DNA of 64,000 nucleotides from Gammaproteobacteria bacterium (GTDB lineage Bacteria; Pseudomonadota; Gammaproteobacteria; DSM-19610): NCBI GenBank assembly GCA_015494295.1, contig WGBO01000011.1, positions 19,036 to 83,035 of the forward strand, read 5' to 3'. Shown piece by piece: positions 54,157 to 64,000 of this stretch (position 1 is its first letter; each line of letters starts with the position of its first letter). The notes under the pieces were generated by a model. It saw only the letters and a program-made list of their open reading frames with translations, ran no database searches and was not told where the DNA came from. The position numbers and the translations under genes were made by a program.

Positions 54157-55425
54157 TCAGGCGAACAGATCCAGACGCCCGCTCGGCAGGCGTGAATAAA
54201 CCGGTGTTTCCAGTATGGATTCGGCCTCCCCGGCCGTGTCCGCCAGGCCCGGGGCCGCGGCGCCCCGCGCCGACCGGTGTTGCTCCGCCGCCGCCTGTTG
54301 TTCGGCAAACGACTGCCCCGACACGTCCACGTCGGTCAGTTCCACGCCCGCGCTGTCGAACATGTCGCGCAGCCTCGGCATTGCGGCCTCCAGGGCGTCG
54401 CGAACCACGCCGTGGGCGGCGCTGAAATGAACCATGGCCTGGTCGTTCTGGACCTGGATGCGCACTTCCATCGGACCCAGGTTGGCGGGGTTGAGGGTAA
54501 TGTTCGCACGTTGCACGCCCTGGCTCGCCAGCCACTGGATACGCTCGCCCAACGCCTGGTCCCAGCCAGCCTGGTTGAACGGAACCGGGATGCTGGTTGT
54601 CGGCGGCGCGGCCGGGGCCGGCGCGGGCTGTGGCGGCGCCGCGGACAATGCGCCGAAACCGGAAGGCGGGACATCGCCGCGCTGAGCCGTGGTTTCCGGC
54701 GCGGCTCCCCGTGCGGCGCCGGCAGCAAGGCGCCGGAACAGGGCCACTGCCTCACTGAACGAGGCGTCGCGCTGGCCGGCGACGGGCTGCTGAGGCTGCG
54801 GGTCCCCGGCCAGCGCGCCATGTCTGACGCCCGCTGACGCGGGGAGACGGGTATCGTCGTCCGCATCAGCCCGGGCGGAAAGTTCAGCGGGTGATGGCGC
54901 ACGGCCGCCGGCATCCTGGCCCGGGGTTGTCGAAACCTGCGCCAGACGCCCGCCGTCGCTGACGGATGCCGCTGCGACCATGGTCGACAGCTCGCGCAAG
55001 GCGTGACCGTCGATGGCGCCGGCAACCCGGGGATTGGCCTCGACAAACTGCTGGATCGCCAGCACGATGGCGTCACCGGCCTGCAAATCGGTGCCCTCGG
55101 TCAGGCGCTCCAGCCGCGCCGCAATATCATCAACGACTTCGCCGGGCTCCATCCCCTGTGTCCGGGCGGCTCCCAGCAGTTGCTGCAACAGCGGCAACAG
55201 CTTGCCTGCCTGCGGCAAACCCTGCAGCTCCAGCGGCAAGACCTCCCCTGCCCCCGCATCTGGCGGCGGCAGGGCGTCGAGGCTGCCGACAGCCTGTTGC
55301 AGGAGTACGCCGAATCCACCGCCCGGGTTTCCAGGTGACTGATTCAACGCGGAATTCATACCTTGTACAGGGGATGCATCAAGGCCAGGGGTGGCGCTGG
55401 AAAGAAGGTTCAGGGATGCATTCAT
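54157..55425 (-). CDS. fliK: Flagellar hook-length control protein FliK
   Basis: WDQALGERIQW, ANITLNPANLGPMEVRI, VRDALEAAMPRLRDMF, VDVS; after fliJ. Confidence 0.92.
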   Translation of the reverse strand: MNASLNLLSSATPGLDASPVQGMNSALNQSPGNPGGGFGVLLQQAVGSLDALPPPDAGAGEVLPLELQGLPQAGKLLPLLQQLLGAARTQGMEPGEVVDDIAARLERLTEGTDLQAGDAIVLAIQQFVEANPRVAGAIDGHALRELSTMVAAASVSDGGRLAQVSTTPGQDAGGRAPSPAELSARADADDDTRLPASAGVRHGALAGDPQPQQPVAGQRDASFSEAVALFRRLAAGAARGAAPETTAQRGDVPPSGFGALSAAPPQPAPAPAAPPTTSIPVPFNQAGWDQALGERIQWLASQGVQRANITLNPANLGPMEVRIQVQNDQAMVHFSAAHGVVRDALEAAMPRLRDMFDSAGVELTDVDVSGQSFAEQQAAAEQHRSARGAAAPGLADTAGEAESILETPVYSRLPSGRLDLFA

Positions 55426-55443
55426 CCGGGTGCTCCTGGTTCA

Positions 55444-55462
55444 ACTGTCAGTAACTGACAGT
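55444..55462. promoter_or_regulatory. Inverted repeat overlapping the predicted fliK transcription start
   Basis: ACTGTCAG-TAA-CTGACAGT, perfect 8-3-8. Confidence 0.45.
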
Positions 55463-55468
55463 CAATGG

Positions 55469-55484
55469 AGCAATGGTCGTGCCA
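55469..55484 (-). promoter_or_regulatory. sigma54 promoter for fliK
   Basis: Minus strand TGGCAC-GACCA-TTGCT, exact consensus. Confidence 0.85.
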
Positions 55485-55492
55485 GTTCCGGC

Positions 55493-55933
55493 TCAGCGCC
55501 GCCGATTGCCGGGACGCTGGGCGCGTTCGTCCTGTTCCTGTTGTTCGCGGCGGTCCTGTTCGCGCCGTTCCTCGCGCCGGTAGCGCTCGATGACCTTGTC
55601 GATCGCCTGGTGGTGACTGCGCGTGTCCACCCACTGCTGCCGGGTCTGCTCGTGCTGGTTCAGGTACTGGGCGATAATGGCCTCCTGCTGTCGGATGGCC
55701 TCGTTGAGGCGCGACAGGAACACCCGGTAGTCGCGCAAGCGGTTGGCGTCCAGCCCCTGGCCTCCGCTGGCGCGGAAGGATTCGGCGTACTGGTCGCGAT
55801 AGCCGCGCAACTCTTCCAGCTTGGCGCGCTGGGCGTCGAGGTACTGCTGGCTTTCACCCAGTTTCTGTACCGCGGCCTGTTCGCGGGATTCCGCGACCCG
55901 GCGTACCGGCTGCATGCGTTTGGATCGGCTCAT
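55493..55933 (-). CDS. fliJ: Flagellar export chaperone FliJ
   Basis: RSKRMQPV, KLEELRGYRDQY, YRVFLSRL.EAI.QQ, EQQEQDE. Confidence 0.92.
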   Translation of the reverse strand: MSRSKRMQPVRRVAESREQAAVQKLGESQQYLDAQRAKLEELRGYRDQYAESFRASGGQGLDANRLRDYRVFLSRLNEAIRQQEAIIAQYLNQHEQTRQQWVDTRSHHQAIDKVIERYRREERREQDRREQQEQDERAQRPGNRRR

Positions 55934-55953
55934 GGTGTACAAGACCACCTTCC

Positions 55954-57357
55954 TCAGTGTATCGGGTTGTCGGCCGTGGCGGCCTGGGCGTTAGCCTGAG
56001 TGGCGGCGCCGGCCGGCGGCACGCCCAGTGCCGTGGCCAGGCCGGCGAGGCTGTCGTTCCAGGCCACGCGCTCGTGCATGTGCTGTTGCAGGAATTCCGC
56101 CAGTTGCGGGTACAGGGCGATGGCCTCGTCCACCTTCGGGTCGCTGCCACTCTGGTAGGCGCCCACGTTGATGAGGTCACGGTTCTGCCGGTACATGGCG
56201 AACACCTGCTTGAAGCGGCGCGCGGCGGCGTCGTGCTCGGGCGCCACGATATCCACCATCACGCGGCTGATGGAAGCCTCGATGTCGATGGCCGGGTAGT
56301 GGCCGGCCTCGGCCAGTTCGCGCGACAACACCACGTGACCGTCGAGAATGGCGCGCGCGGCGTCGGCGATCGGGTCGTTCTGGTCGTCGCCTTCCGCCAG
56401 CACCGTGTAAAAGGCGGTGATGGAGCCGCCACGGTCGCCGGTACCGGCACGCTCCACCAGCTGCGGCAGCTTGGCGAACACCGACGGCGGATAACCCTTG
56501 GTGGCCGGTGGCTCGCCGATGGCCAGCGCCACCTCGCGCTGCGCCTGGGCAAAACGGGTCAGCGAATCCATGAGCAACAACACCTGTTTGCCCTGGTCGC
56601 GGAAGTGCTCGGCGATGCTGGTCGCCATCATCGCGCCGTGCATGCGCATCAGCGGCGTGGTATCGGCGGGTGTCGCCACCACCACCGAGCGCGCCAGTCC
56701 TTCCTCGCCGAGGATGTTCTGAACAAATTCCTTCACCTCGCGGCCTCGTTCACCGATCAGGCCGACCACGATCACGTCGGCGTTGGTATAGCGCGTCATC
56801 ATGCCCAGCAATACACTCTTGCCGACGCCGGAACCCGCGAACAGCCCCATGCGCTGGCCGCGCCCCACACTCAGCAGGGCATTGATGGCGGCCACGCCAA
56901 CATCCAGCGGCTCGCGGATGGGCGCGCGCGTGAGCGGGTTGATGGGGCGTCCGGTGAGCGGCGCCCGCGCCTCGTTGTGCAAGGGTCCCTTTCCGTCCAG
57001 GGGATGACCTGCGCCGTCGATGACGCGCCCGAGCAGTTGTTCGCCGACCGGCACCTCGCACACGCCGGGCGTGGGCACGACTTTCGCGTCCGGCCCCAAT
57101 CCATGCAGTTCACCGATCGGCATCAGGTAAATGCGATCGTCGTGAAAGCCCACCACTTCGGCCTCGATCGGTTCTCCACCCGTGGTCTCGATCATGCAAC
57201 GGCCACCAATACTGGCCTGGCAACCAACCGCTTCCAGGGTAAGGCCGACCATGCGCGTGAGCTTGCCGGCCACTACCAGCGACTGCGGCTGGCCCGCGCG
57301 CTCAAGATAGGGAGCGAGGCGTTGCTGCCAGATCGGGCTGCGCCGTGCCTGCGCCAT
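55954..57357 (-). CDS. fliI: Flagellar export ATPase FliI
   Basis: [49 protein letters not shown]. Confidence 0.97.
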   Translation of the reverse strand: MAQARRSPIWQQRLAPYLERAGQPQSLVVAGKLTRMVGLTLEAVGCQASIGGRCMIETTGGEPIEAEVVGFHDDRIYLMPIGELHGLGPDAKVVPTPGVCEVPVGEQLLGRVIDGAGHPLDGKGPLHNEARAPLTGRPINPLTRAPIREPLDVGVAAINALLSVGRGQRMGLFAGSGVGKSVLLGMMTRYTNADVIVVGLIGERGREVKEFVQNILGEEGLARSVVVATPADTTPLMRMHGAMMATSIAEHFRDQGKQVLLLMDSLTRFAQAQREVALAIGEPPATKGYPPSVFAKLPQLVERAGTGDRGGSITAFYTVLAEGDDQNDPIADAARAILDGHVVLSRELAEAGHYPAIDIEASISRVMVDIVAPEHDAAARRFKQVFAMYRQNRDLINVGAYQSGSDPKVDEAIALYPQLAEFLQQHMHERVAWNDSLAGLATALGVPPAGAATQANAQAATADNPIH

Positions 57358-57986
57358 CAGTCTTCGCCCCCCTCGGCATCGTCCCGGCGCATGCCACCGA
57401 GCGTGTTGGCGATGATGGCATTGAGCCTCGATTCCACGGTCGCGTCGATCTGTGAACTCTCGGTCAGCACCCGGCAGCCGCCGCGGCTCATCACCGGGTC
57501 TTCGACCACCTCGATGGCGCTGTCGTGGTCCTGCAAGGACAGCGCTTCGCGCACCAGCACGGCGTCGTCCGGGTGCAACGACAGGCGTACGTTGCGGGCC
57601 GCCAGCGGCAGCGCTCCCAGGGCCTCGCGCACCACGCCGATGACCTGGCCGGGATCGGCGCGCAGTTCCCGGCGCACCAGTTGCCGGGCAACGATCATCG
57701 CCAGTTCCGCCAGTTGCGCCTCGACGGCCTCGTCGAGTTCCTCGAACGGCCGGTCCAGGGCCTCCATCAGTTGTTCCAGCCGTTGCGCGCCCTCGCGGAA
57801 TGCCTGCTCGCCGGCTTCGCGACCTTCCCGCAGCCCCTGCTCGAATCCTTCCTTGCGGGCCTGTTCCTGGATTTCCTCCAGTTGGCGCGCGGTCATGGGG
57901 GAGCCCGCGTCACTGGGCTCGCGCACCTCGGGCACGTGCCAGGCTTCGCAGCCATTCAGTTCATCGGCGCGGATAACCCTAGACAA
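57357..57986 (-). CDS. fliH: Flagellar assembly protein FliH
   Basis: [44 protein letters not shown] start at 57986 overlaps fliG end. Confidence 0.92.
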   Translation of the reverse strand: MSRVIRADELNGCEAWHVPEVREPSDAGSPMTARQLEEIQEQARKEGFEQGLREGREAGEQAFREGAQRLEQLMEALDRPFEELDEAVEAQLAELAMIVARQLVRRELRADPGQVIGVVREALGALPLAARNVRLSLHPDDAVLVREALSLQDHDSAIEVVEDPVMSRGGCRVLTESSQIDATVESRLNAIIANTLGGMRRDDAEGGED

Positions 57987-58989
57987 ACTGCTCTGCTCCC
58001 TTGCCACCCAGCGCGATCTCGCCGGACTCGGACATGCGCCGTGCAATGGCCAGAATTTCCTTCTGCGCGGCTTCGACCTCGCTGAGTCGGACCGGACCCT
58101 TGTTCTCCAGGTCGTCACGCATCATCTCGGCGGCGCGCTTGGACATGTTGGAGAAGATCTTCTCCTTCATGGCCTCGTCGGCGCCCTTGAGAGCCAGGAT
58201 AAGGGTATCGGAGGATACCTCTCGCAACAGCGCCTGGATGCCGCGATCGTCGACGTCGACGAGGTTGTCGAACACGAACATCAGATCCTGGATCTGCTGG
58301 CCCAGTTCCGCGTCGGCATCCTTGATGGCTTCCATGATCTCGCCCTCGATCGAACTGTCGACGAAGTTGAGAATGTCGGCAGCGGCCTTGATGCCGCCTA
58401 CACTGGAGGACTGCACATTCTGGTTGCCCGAGAACTGGCGTTCCAGGATCTCATCCAGTTCCTGCAACGCGGAGGGTTGCACGCCATCCAGCGTGGCGAT
58501 GCGCAACAACACATCGTGACGGTTGCGCTCGGGGAAAAACTTGATGACCTCGGCCGCGTGGTCGTTGTCGAGGTAGGACAGTACGATCGCCTGTATCTGC
58601 GGGTGCTCGAGGCGGATCAGCTCCGCCACGGCGCGCGCGTCCATCCACTTCAGCGCTTCCAGACCCTTGGTGCTGCTGCCCAGCAGGATGCGGTCCATCA
58701 GGCCCTTGGCCTTGTCCTCGCCCAGGGCCTCAACCATGACCGTGCGGATGTAGTCCTCGGCGCCGACGCCCAGTGCGGTCTGTTCCTGCACCGCCTCGGT
58801 GAAACTCTCCAGCACGCCGGTTACCTGGTCGCGCGGCACATTGGTCATCGCCGCCATCGCGGCGCCAACCTTCTGCACCTCCTTGGGCCCCATGTGCTTC
58901 AACACCTGGGCCGCACTGTCCTCACCCAGCGTCAGCAACAACACCGCCGCGCGCTCGGTTCCGTTCAGCTTGCTTGCCGCCTCAGCCAT
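57979..58989 (-). CDS. fliG: Flagellar motor switch FliG
   Basis: RAAVLLLTLG, EHPQIQA, LMFVFDNL, NMSKRAA, VEAAQKEI. Confidence 0.97.
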   Translation of the reverse strand: MAEAASKLNGTERAAVLLLTLGEDSAAQVLKHMGPKEVQKVGAAMAAMTNVPRDQVTGVLESFTEAVQEQTALGVGAEDYIRTVMVEALGEDKAKGLMDRILLGSSTKGLEALKWMDARAVAELIRLEHPQIQAIVLSYLDNDHAAEVIKFFPERNRHDVLLRIATLDGVQPSALQELDEILERQFSGNQNVQSSSVGGIKAAADILNFVDSSIEGEIMEAIKDADAELGQQIQDLMFVFDNLVDVDDRGIQALLREVSSDTLILALKGADEAMKEKIFSNMSKRAAEMMRDDLENKGPVRLSEVEAAQKEILAIARRMSESGEIALGGKGAEQFV

Positions 58990-60646
58990 CTTCGCTCACC
59001 CAGTTCTTGACGACCTGTGCGACCCGCTTGGGATCCTCGCTGACGACCCCTTTCGCGGTCTCCAGGTGTTGTTCGTAGCCCATCTGGGGCGCCGCCAGTT
59101 GCGGCTGCTGGGGGTTCGCCCCCGACAGGCTCAGCTGGTCCTGCCCTCCCTCTGGCGCGCCCGCGCCCCCTTCGGCGCCGGCCGTGGCCAGCGCCGCCTG
59201 CTGCATGGCGGCAGCCTCGGCGCCTTTCTCGGCCAGGCTGCGCATCACCGGCTTGAGCACGCCGAACACCACGATCAGCAGTCCCAGCGCGCCCACCGCC
59301 TGCTTGACGACATCCCAGATCCAGGGCTGCTCGAGCAACGAGGCTTCCGGCACTTCCTCCGGTTCCTCCGGCGGGATGAAGGAGACATTGATCACGTTGA
59401 CGGAGTCGCCGCGTTTCTCGTCGAAACCGACGGACTCCTTGATCAGGTTGGTGAAACGGTCGAGTTCGGCCTGCTCCCAGGGTTTGCTGACCAGTTCCTC
59501 GTTTTCATCCAGTTCCTGCTTGTTGTCGATGACCACCGCGATCGACAGACGGCGGATGTTGCCGCTCGCAAGCCGCGTGTGACTGATGGTCTTGTCCAGT
59601 TCGTAGTTGCGCACACTGCGCTTGCTGGAATTGCCGGTCGCCGCGCCCTTGCCACCAGCGGCATCGGGGGCGCCGGGATCCTGCAACGTCGCCGGCCCGG
59701 GCGGCTGGTTGGAGAGCGCGCCCGGGATCCCCGAGGCCGCACCCCCGGACGCATCGCCGCTGATGTCCTCACTGACCTGCTCGCTGCGCAGGGCCGGGCT
59801 GTCGGGGTCGTAGGTTTCGCTGGTGCGCTCGGTGACGGTGAAATCCAGGTCGGCGTTGACATTGGTGCGCACCTTGCCCGCGCCAACGATCGGCTCCAGC
59901 AGGTTGCGGATGCGGTCGGTGTAGATGGCCTCCAGCTTGCGGTTGTAGGCAAACTGGCTGGAACTCGGCGCCAGCCCGTCGCTGTCGGAGCCGTTGCTGA
60001 GCAGGTTCCCGCGCTGGTCGACGATGGTCACCTTCTTCGGGTCAAGGTGTGGAACGCTGGACGACACCAGGTGCACGATGGCGGTGATCTGTTCCTCGTC
60101 AAGCGAGCGGCCGGAATACAGATCGACCATCACCGAAGCGGTGGGGTCCGCGCGGTCACGCAGGAACACCGAACGCTTGGGAATGGCAAGGTGTACCCGC
60201 GCGGACTCGACGTTGCGCAAGGTGGCAATGGTCCGGCTCAGTTCGCCTTCCAGGGCGTGCTGGTAGCGCGCTGTCTCGATGAACTGGCTGGTACCGAAGC
60301 CCTGGTCCTTCTGCAGAATCTCGAAGCCCATGGAGCCGCCGCCGGGCAGTCCATCCTTGGCCAGTTCCATGCGCGCATCGCGCACCCGGTTGGCGGCCAC
60401 CATGACCGCGCCGGTATTCTGGTCGATTTCGTAGGCGATACCGGTCTTCTTAAGCGCCTCGACCACTTCCGCCGCGTCCTTGTTGCTGAGGCCCGCGTAC
60501 AGAACGGTATAGTTCGGCTCCTGCGACCACAGCACCACCGCGACGCCCAGCGCGACGCTCGCCGCCAGCCCGATCATCAGGCCGATCTGGCGCAACGCCG
60601 GTAGCCCCTGGAAGCCCTGTACCGTTTCCTGTTTAACCAATGCCAT
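58982..60646 (-). CDS. fliF: MS-ring protein FliF
   Basis: GFGTSQFIE, ALEGELSRTI, ARVHLAIP, NYELDK, AQVVKNW. Confidence 0.97.
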   Translation of the reverse strand: MALVKQETVQGFQGLPALRQIGLMIGLAASVALGVAVVLWSQEPNYTVLYAGLSNKDAAEVVEALKKTGIAYEIDQNTGAVMVAANRVRDARMELAKDGLPGGGSMGFEILQKDQGFGTSQFIETARYQHALEGELSRTIATLRNVESARVHLAIPKRSVFLRDRADPTASVMVDLYSGRSLDEEQITAIVHLVSSSVPHLDPKKVTIVDQRGNLLSNGSDSDGLAPSSSQFAYNRKLEAIYTDRIRNLLEPIVGAGKVRTNVNADLDFTVTERTSETYDPDSPALRSEQVSEDISGDASGGAASGIPGALSNQPPGPATLQDPGAPDAAGGKGAATGNSSKRSVRNYELDKTISHTRLASGNIRRLSIAVVIDNKQELDENEELVSKPWEQAELDRFTNLIKESVGFDEKRGDSVNVINVSFIPPEEPEEVPEASLLEQPWIWDVVKQAVGALGLLIVVFGVLKPVMRSLAEKGAEAAAMQQAALATAGAEGGAGAPEGGQDQLSLSGANPQQPQLAAPQMGYEQHLETAKGVVSEDPKRVAQVVKNWVSEDG

Positions 60647-60664
60647 AATCGTTCCCCAGCCTCA

Positions 60665-60991
60665 TCAAACCTGCATGCCCATGATTTCCTTGTACGCCGA
60701 CACCAGCCGGTTGCGCACCTCTGTCATGGCCTGGAAAGCGACGCCGGCTTTCTGCAGCGCCACCATCACCTCGGCGACATCCACATTGGGGTCGCCGGCG
60801 CTGAACGCCGCGGACAACTTGCCAGCGGTCTGCTGCATGCTGTTGACCTCATCGACGGACTGTTTCAGCAGCGAGGCGAAATCGCCCTGCAGCTGCTGCG
60901 TGGCGCCCACTTCCGCCGGTGACGCCTGAGCGGCCGCCGCCAGACGCCGCATTTCCGCCAGAACCTGATCGACATTGCTGATTGTGCTCAT
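60665..60991 (-). CDS. fliE: FliE
   Basis: EVMVALQKAGVAFQAMTEVRNRLVSAYKEIMGMQV. Confidence 0.95.
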   Translation of the reverse strand: MSTISNVDQVLAEMRRLAAAAQASPAEVGATQQLQGDFASLLKQSVDEVNSMQQTAGKLSAAFSAGDPNVDVAEVMVALQKAGVAFQAMTEVRNRLVSAYKEIMGMQV

Positions 60992-61002
60992 GGGAAATCC
61001 TC

Positions 61003-62348
<1,346 letters not shown>

Positions 62349-62349
<1 letters not shown>

Positions 62350-63284
62350 TACACACACCTCGAAAGGGCAACATCTGCCTTTTGTTGTTTGTTGGTCATC
62401 GCGCTGGGCAACTGCCGCTCGACACGCTGCAGGGGCAGCCGCACCAGGAAACGGGCGCCGTTCGTACAGTCAGGGTCGACATCGACAGTGCCCTGGTGCG
62501 CGGCGATGACGGCGCGCACCACGGCCAGGCCGAGCCCCGTCCCGTTGGCGCGCGTGGTAAAGAAGGGCTCGAAAATCTGTTCGTGCAACTCGCCGGGGAT
62601 ACCCGGGCCGTTGTCCTGCAGGACCAGTTCCAGGCGATCGCCGTCGACGCGCAGCGACCAGCGCAATTCGACGCCTTCGCCTCCGGCGTTGAGCGCGTTG
62701 CTGGCAAGATTGGTCAGCACGCTGACCAGCACCTCGCGCTGCGCGCTGGTTTCGGGAATCCCGCCTTCGCAATCCACTGTCCAGGCTGCGCCCTGCGCCT
62801 CAATCTGCGGCAGCAGGGACTGGCGCACCTGCTCCAGCAGTTCCGGCAGCCACACCTGTTCCTCGCCGCCTGAACGGCTGTCACGGGCGAACGCCAGCAT
62901 GTCGTTGACCATGTGATCGAGATGGCGGAGACCGGTCAGCAGGCGGTCGACGAAACAATCGTGCTGGGCGGCGGGCAGATTGCCCTGGCGGAGTTGCGAG
63001 GCATAGAGCAAGGCGGTGGAGAGCGGGGTGCGGATCTGGTGCGCCAGGCGGGCGGTCATCTGCCCCATGCTGGACAGGCGCCGGGTCCGGGCCACTTCGT
63101 CCTGGAGGACGCGAATCTCGTCGAGCAGACGGGCTCGCTCGTCCCGCGCCAGCGACAACTCGTCGGTCAGCGAGGCAACCTGATGCTGCAGGGCGCGATA
63201 GGAGCCGGCGAGCTGCTCCGAAACCTCGTTGAACAGCGCGAAGGCATCCTGAAGTTGCTGTTGACTGGCGGCCGACTGGCTCAT
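62349..63284 (-). CDS. fleS: Sensor histidine kinase FleS/FlrB (lacks a clear PAS segment)
   Basis: QQLQDAFALFNEVSEQL, LAHQIRTPL, DNGPG, FFTTR, GTGLGL; start ATG 63284. Confidence 0.88.
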
Positions 63285-63342
63285 TAGATGGACCTGCTCC
63301 TGATGCGTTGTCTGGCGGCGCTCTGGCGCCCACCAGCTACAA

Positions 63343-63358
63343 AGCAAGGAGTATGCCC
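63343..63358 (-). promoter_or_regulatory. sigma54 promoter for fleSR
   Basis: Minus strand GGGCAT-ACTCC-TTGCT; IHF-like GATCAG-ATGG-TTA at 63378-63390. Confidence 0.75.
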
Positions 63359-63411
63359 AAACTGTGAAGTACTGCTAGATCAGATGGTTAGGAAACCCAC
63401 CCTCGGAAGAC

Positions 63412-63426
63412 GTCAAACTCCCGGCG
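63412..63426. promoter_or_regulatory. Candidate FleQ-type upstream activator site
   Basis: GTCAA-ACTCC-CGGCG, reverse complement CGCCG-N5-TTGAC, matching 51718-51732. Confidence 0.5.
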
Positions 63427-64000
63427 CACTGTCCGAGCGTTGCAGACCGTATTTGCGCAACTTCTCCACCAGCGTGGTACGGCGCATGCCAAGCCGCTTG
63501 GCGGCCTGGGCCACCACGCCATTGGCATCGTCCAGCGCCTGCTTGATAAAACCGACCTCCAGGTTGCTAAGATGCTCCTTGAGGTCCAGACCGTTACGCG
63601 GCAGACGCGGTTCGGCTTCCGTCATGCAGGGCACGGGCTGAGCGGCCTGGGCGGCCAGCACTTCCTCGTCGATGCGCACCCGGTCACCCCCGCTGCCGTC
63701 GAGCTGGAACTTCTCGGGAAGATCACCGACGTCGACCACGCCGAAGGGATAGAGGATGGCCAGCCGTTCGACGAGGTTGGCGAGTTCACGGACATTGCCG
63801 GGCCAGTTGTACTGGCACAGGGCCAGAATGGCGCCCTGTGTAAGGCGCACCGAACCGCGCTTCTCGTGCTCGATGCGGCGAATCAGCTCATTGACCAGCA
63901 GGGGAATGTCCTCGACGCGCTCGCGCAGCGGCGGCATCTCGATCGGGAACACGTTGAGGCGATAGAACAGGTCTTCGCGGAAAGAGCCATCGCCGATCGC
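63413..64000 (-). CDS. fleQ: Flagellar master regulator FleQ/FlrA, C-terminal part (5' end beyond window)
   Basis: [43 protein letters not shown]; directly upstream of fleSR. Confidence 0.93.
   Translation of the reverse strand, partial: AIGDGSFREDLFYRLNVFPIEMPPLRERVEDIPLLVNELIRRIEHEKRGSVRLTQGAILALCQYNWPGNVRELANLVERLAILYPFGVVDVGDLPEKFQLDGSGGDRVRIDEEVLAAQAAQPVPCMTEAEPRLPRNGLDLKEHLSNLEVGFIKQALDDANGVVAQAAKRLGMRRTTLVEKLRKYGLQRSDSAPGV

Noticed and set aside
57987-58118. N-terminal extension of FliH in the ORF track
   Set aside because: Overlaps fliG coding sequence; TTG 57986 fits the usual fliG-fliH coupling
55957-59010. 1017-aa plus-strand ORF, and similar long ORFs at 4553-6454, 6907-9267, 44450-46309, 49146-51023 and 58799-60604
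   Set aside because: Antisense shadows of well-supported genes; expected from high-GC codon bias, with no family motifs

Overview
GC-rich gammaproteobacterial chromosome segment with a Pseudomonas-like polar flagellar/chemotaxis gene order; lineage cannot be fixed from sequence alone. Left to right: (1) an ECF sigma / zinc anti-sigma / DUF3106-like module with an upstream secreted His/Arg-rich ORF, then suhB and two small unknown ORFs; (2) queA-tgt-yajC-secD-secF divergent from tRNA-Leu(CAA); (3) glgP, whose last 272 bp are duplicated around a small degraded island (RelE/ParE-type toxin-antitoxin pair plus two nested IS3-family remnants); (4) a Cys-rich small protein with a well-positioned FNR-type promoter, a cytochrome b and a membrane-anchored LuxR-type regulator; (5) a type IV minor pilin operon fimT-pilV-pilW-pilX-pilY1-pilE with an atypical PilY1 and an AlgR/LytTR-type repeat upstream; (6) glycogen genes malQ, GH57, glgC and glgB; (7) AmmeMemoRadiSam B and A without the radical SAM partner; (8) a membrane-anchored pentapeptide-repeat protein behind a sigma54-type promoter; (9) about 34 kb of flagellar and chemotaxis genes from fleQ (partial) to DUF2802 plus FliK-like/FlhB-like genes. 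The best candidates for undescribed biology are a globin-PAS-GGDEF-EAL gas sensor inserted between fliK and fliL, the PilY1 with no vWA domain and an extra His-containing domain plus Lys/(HHGD)5 tail, the pentapeptide membrane protein, an unannotated 58-aa ORF ending HIDEYA, and the glgP-targeted integration scar. No CRISPR array, rRNA, integrase or recognisable riboswitch was seen. All family assignments are from manual motif recognition, not database searches.
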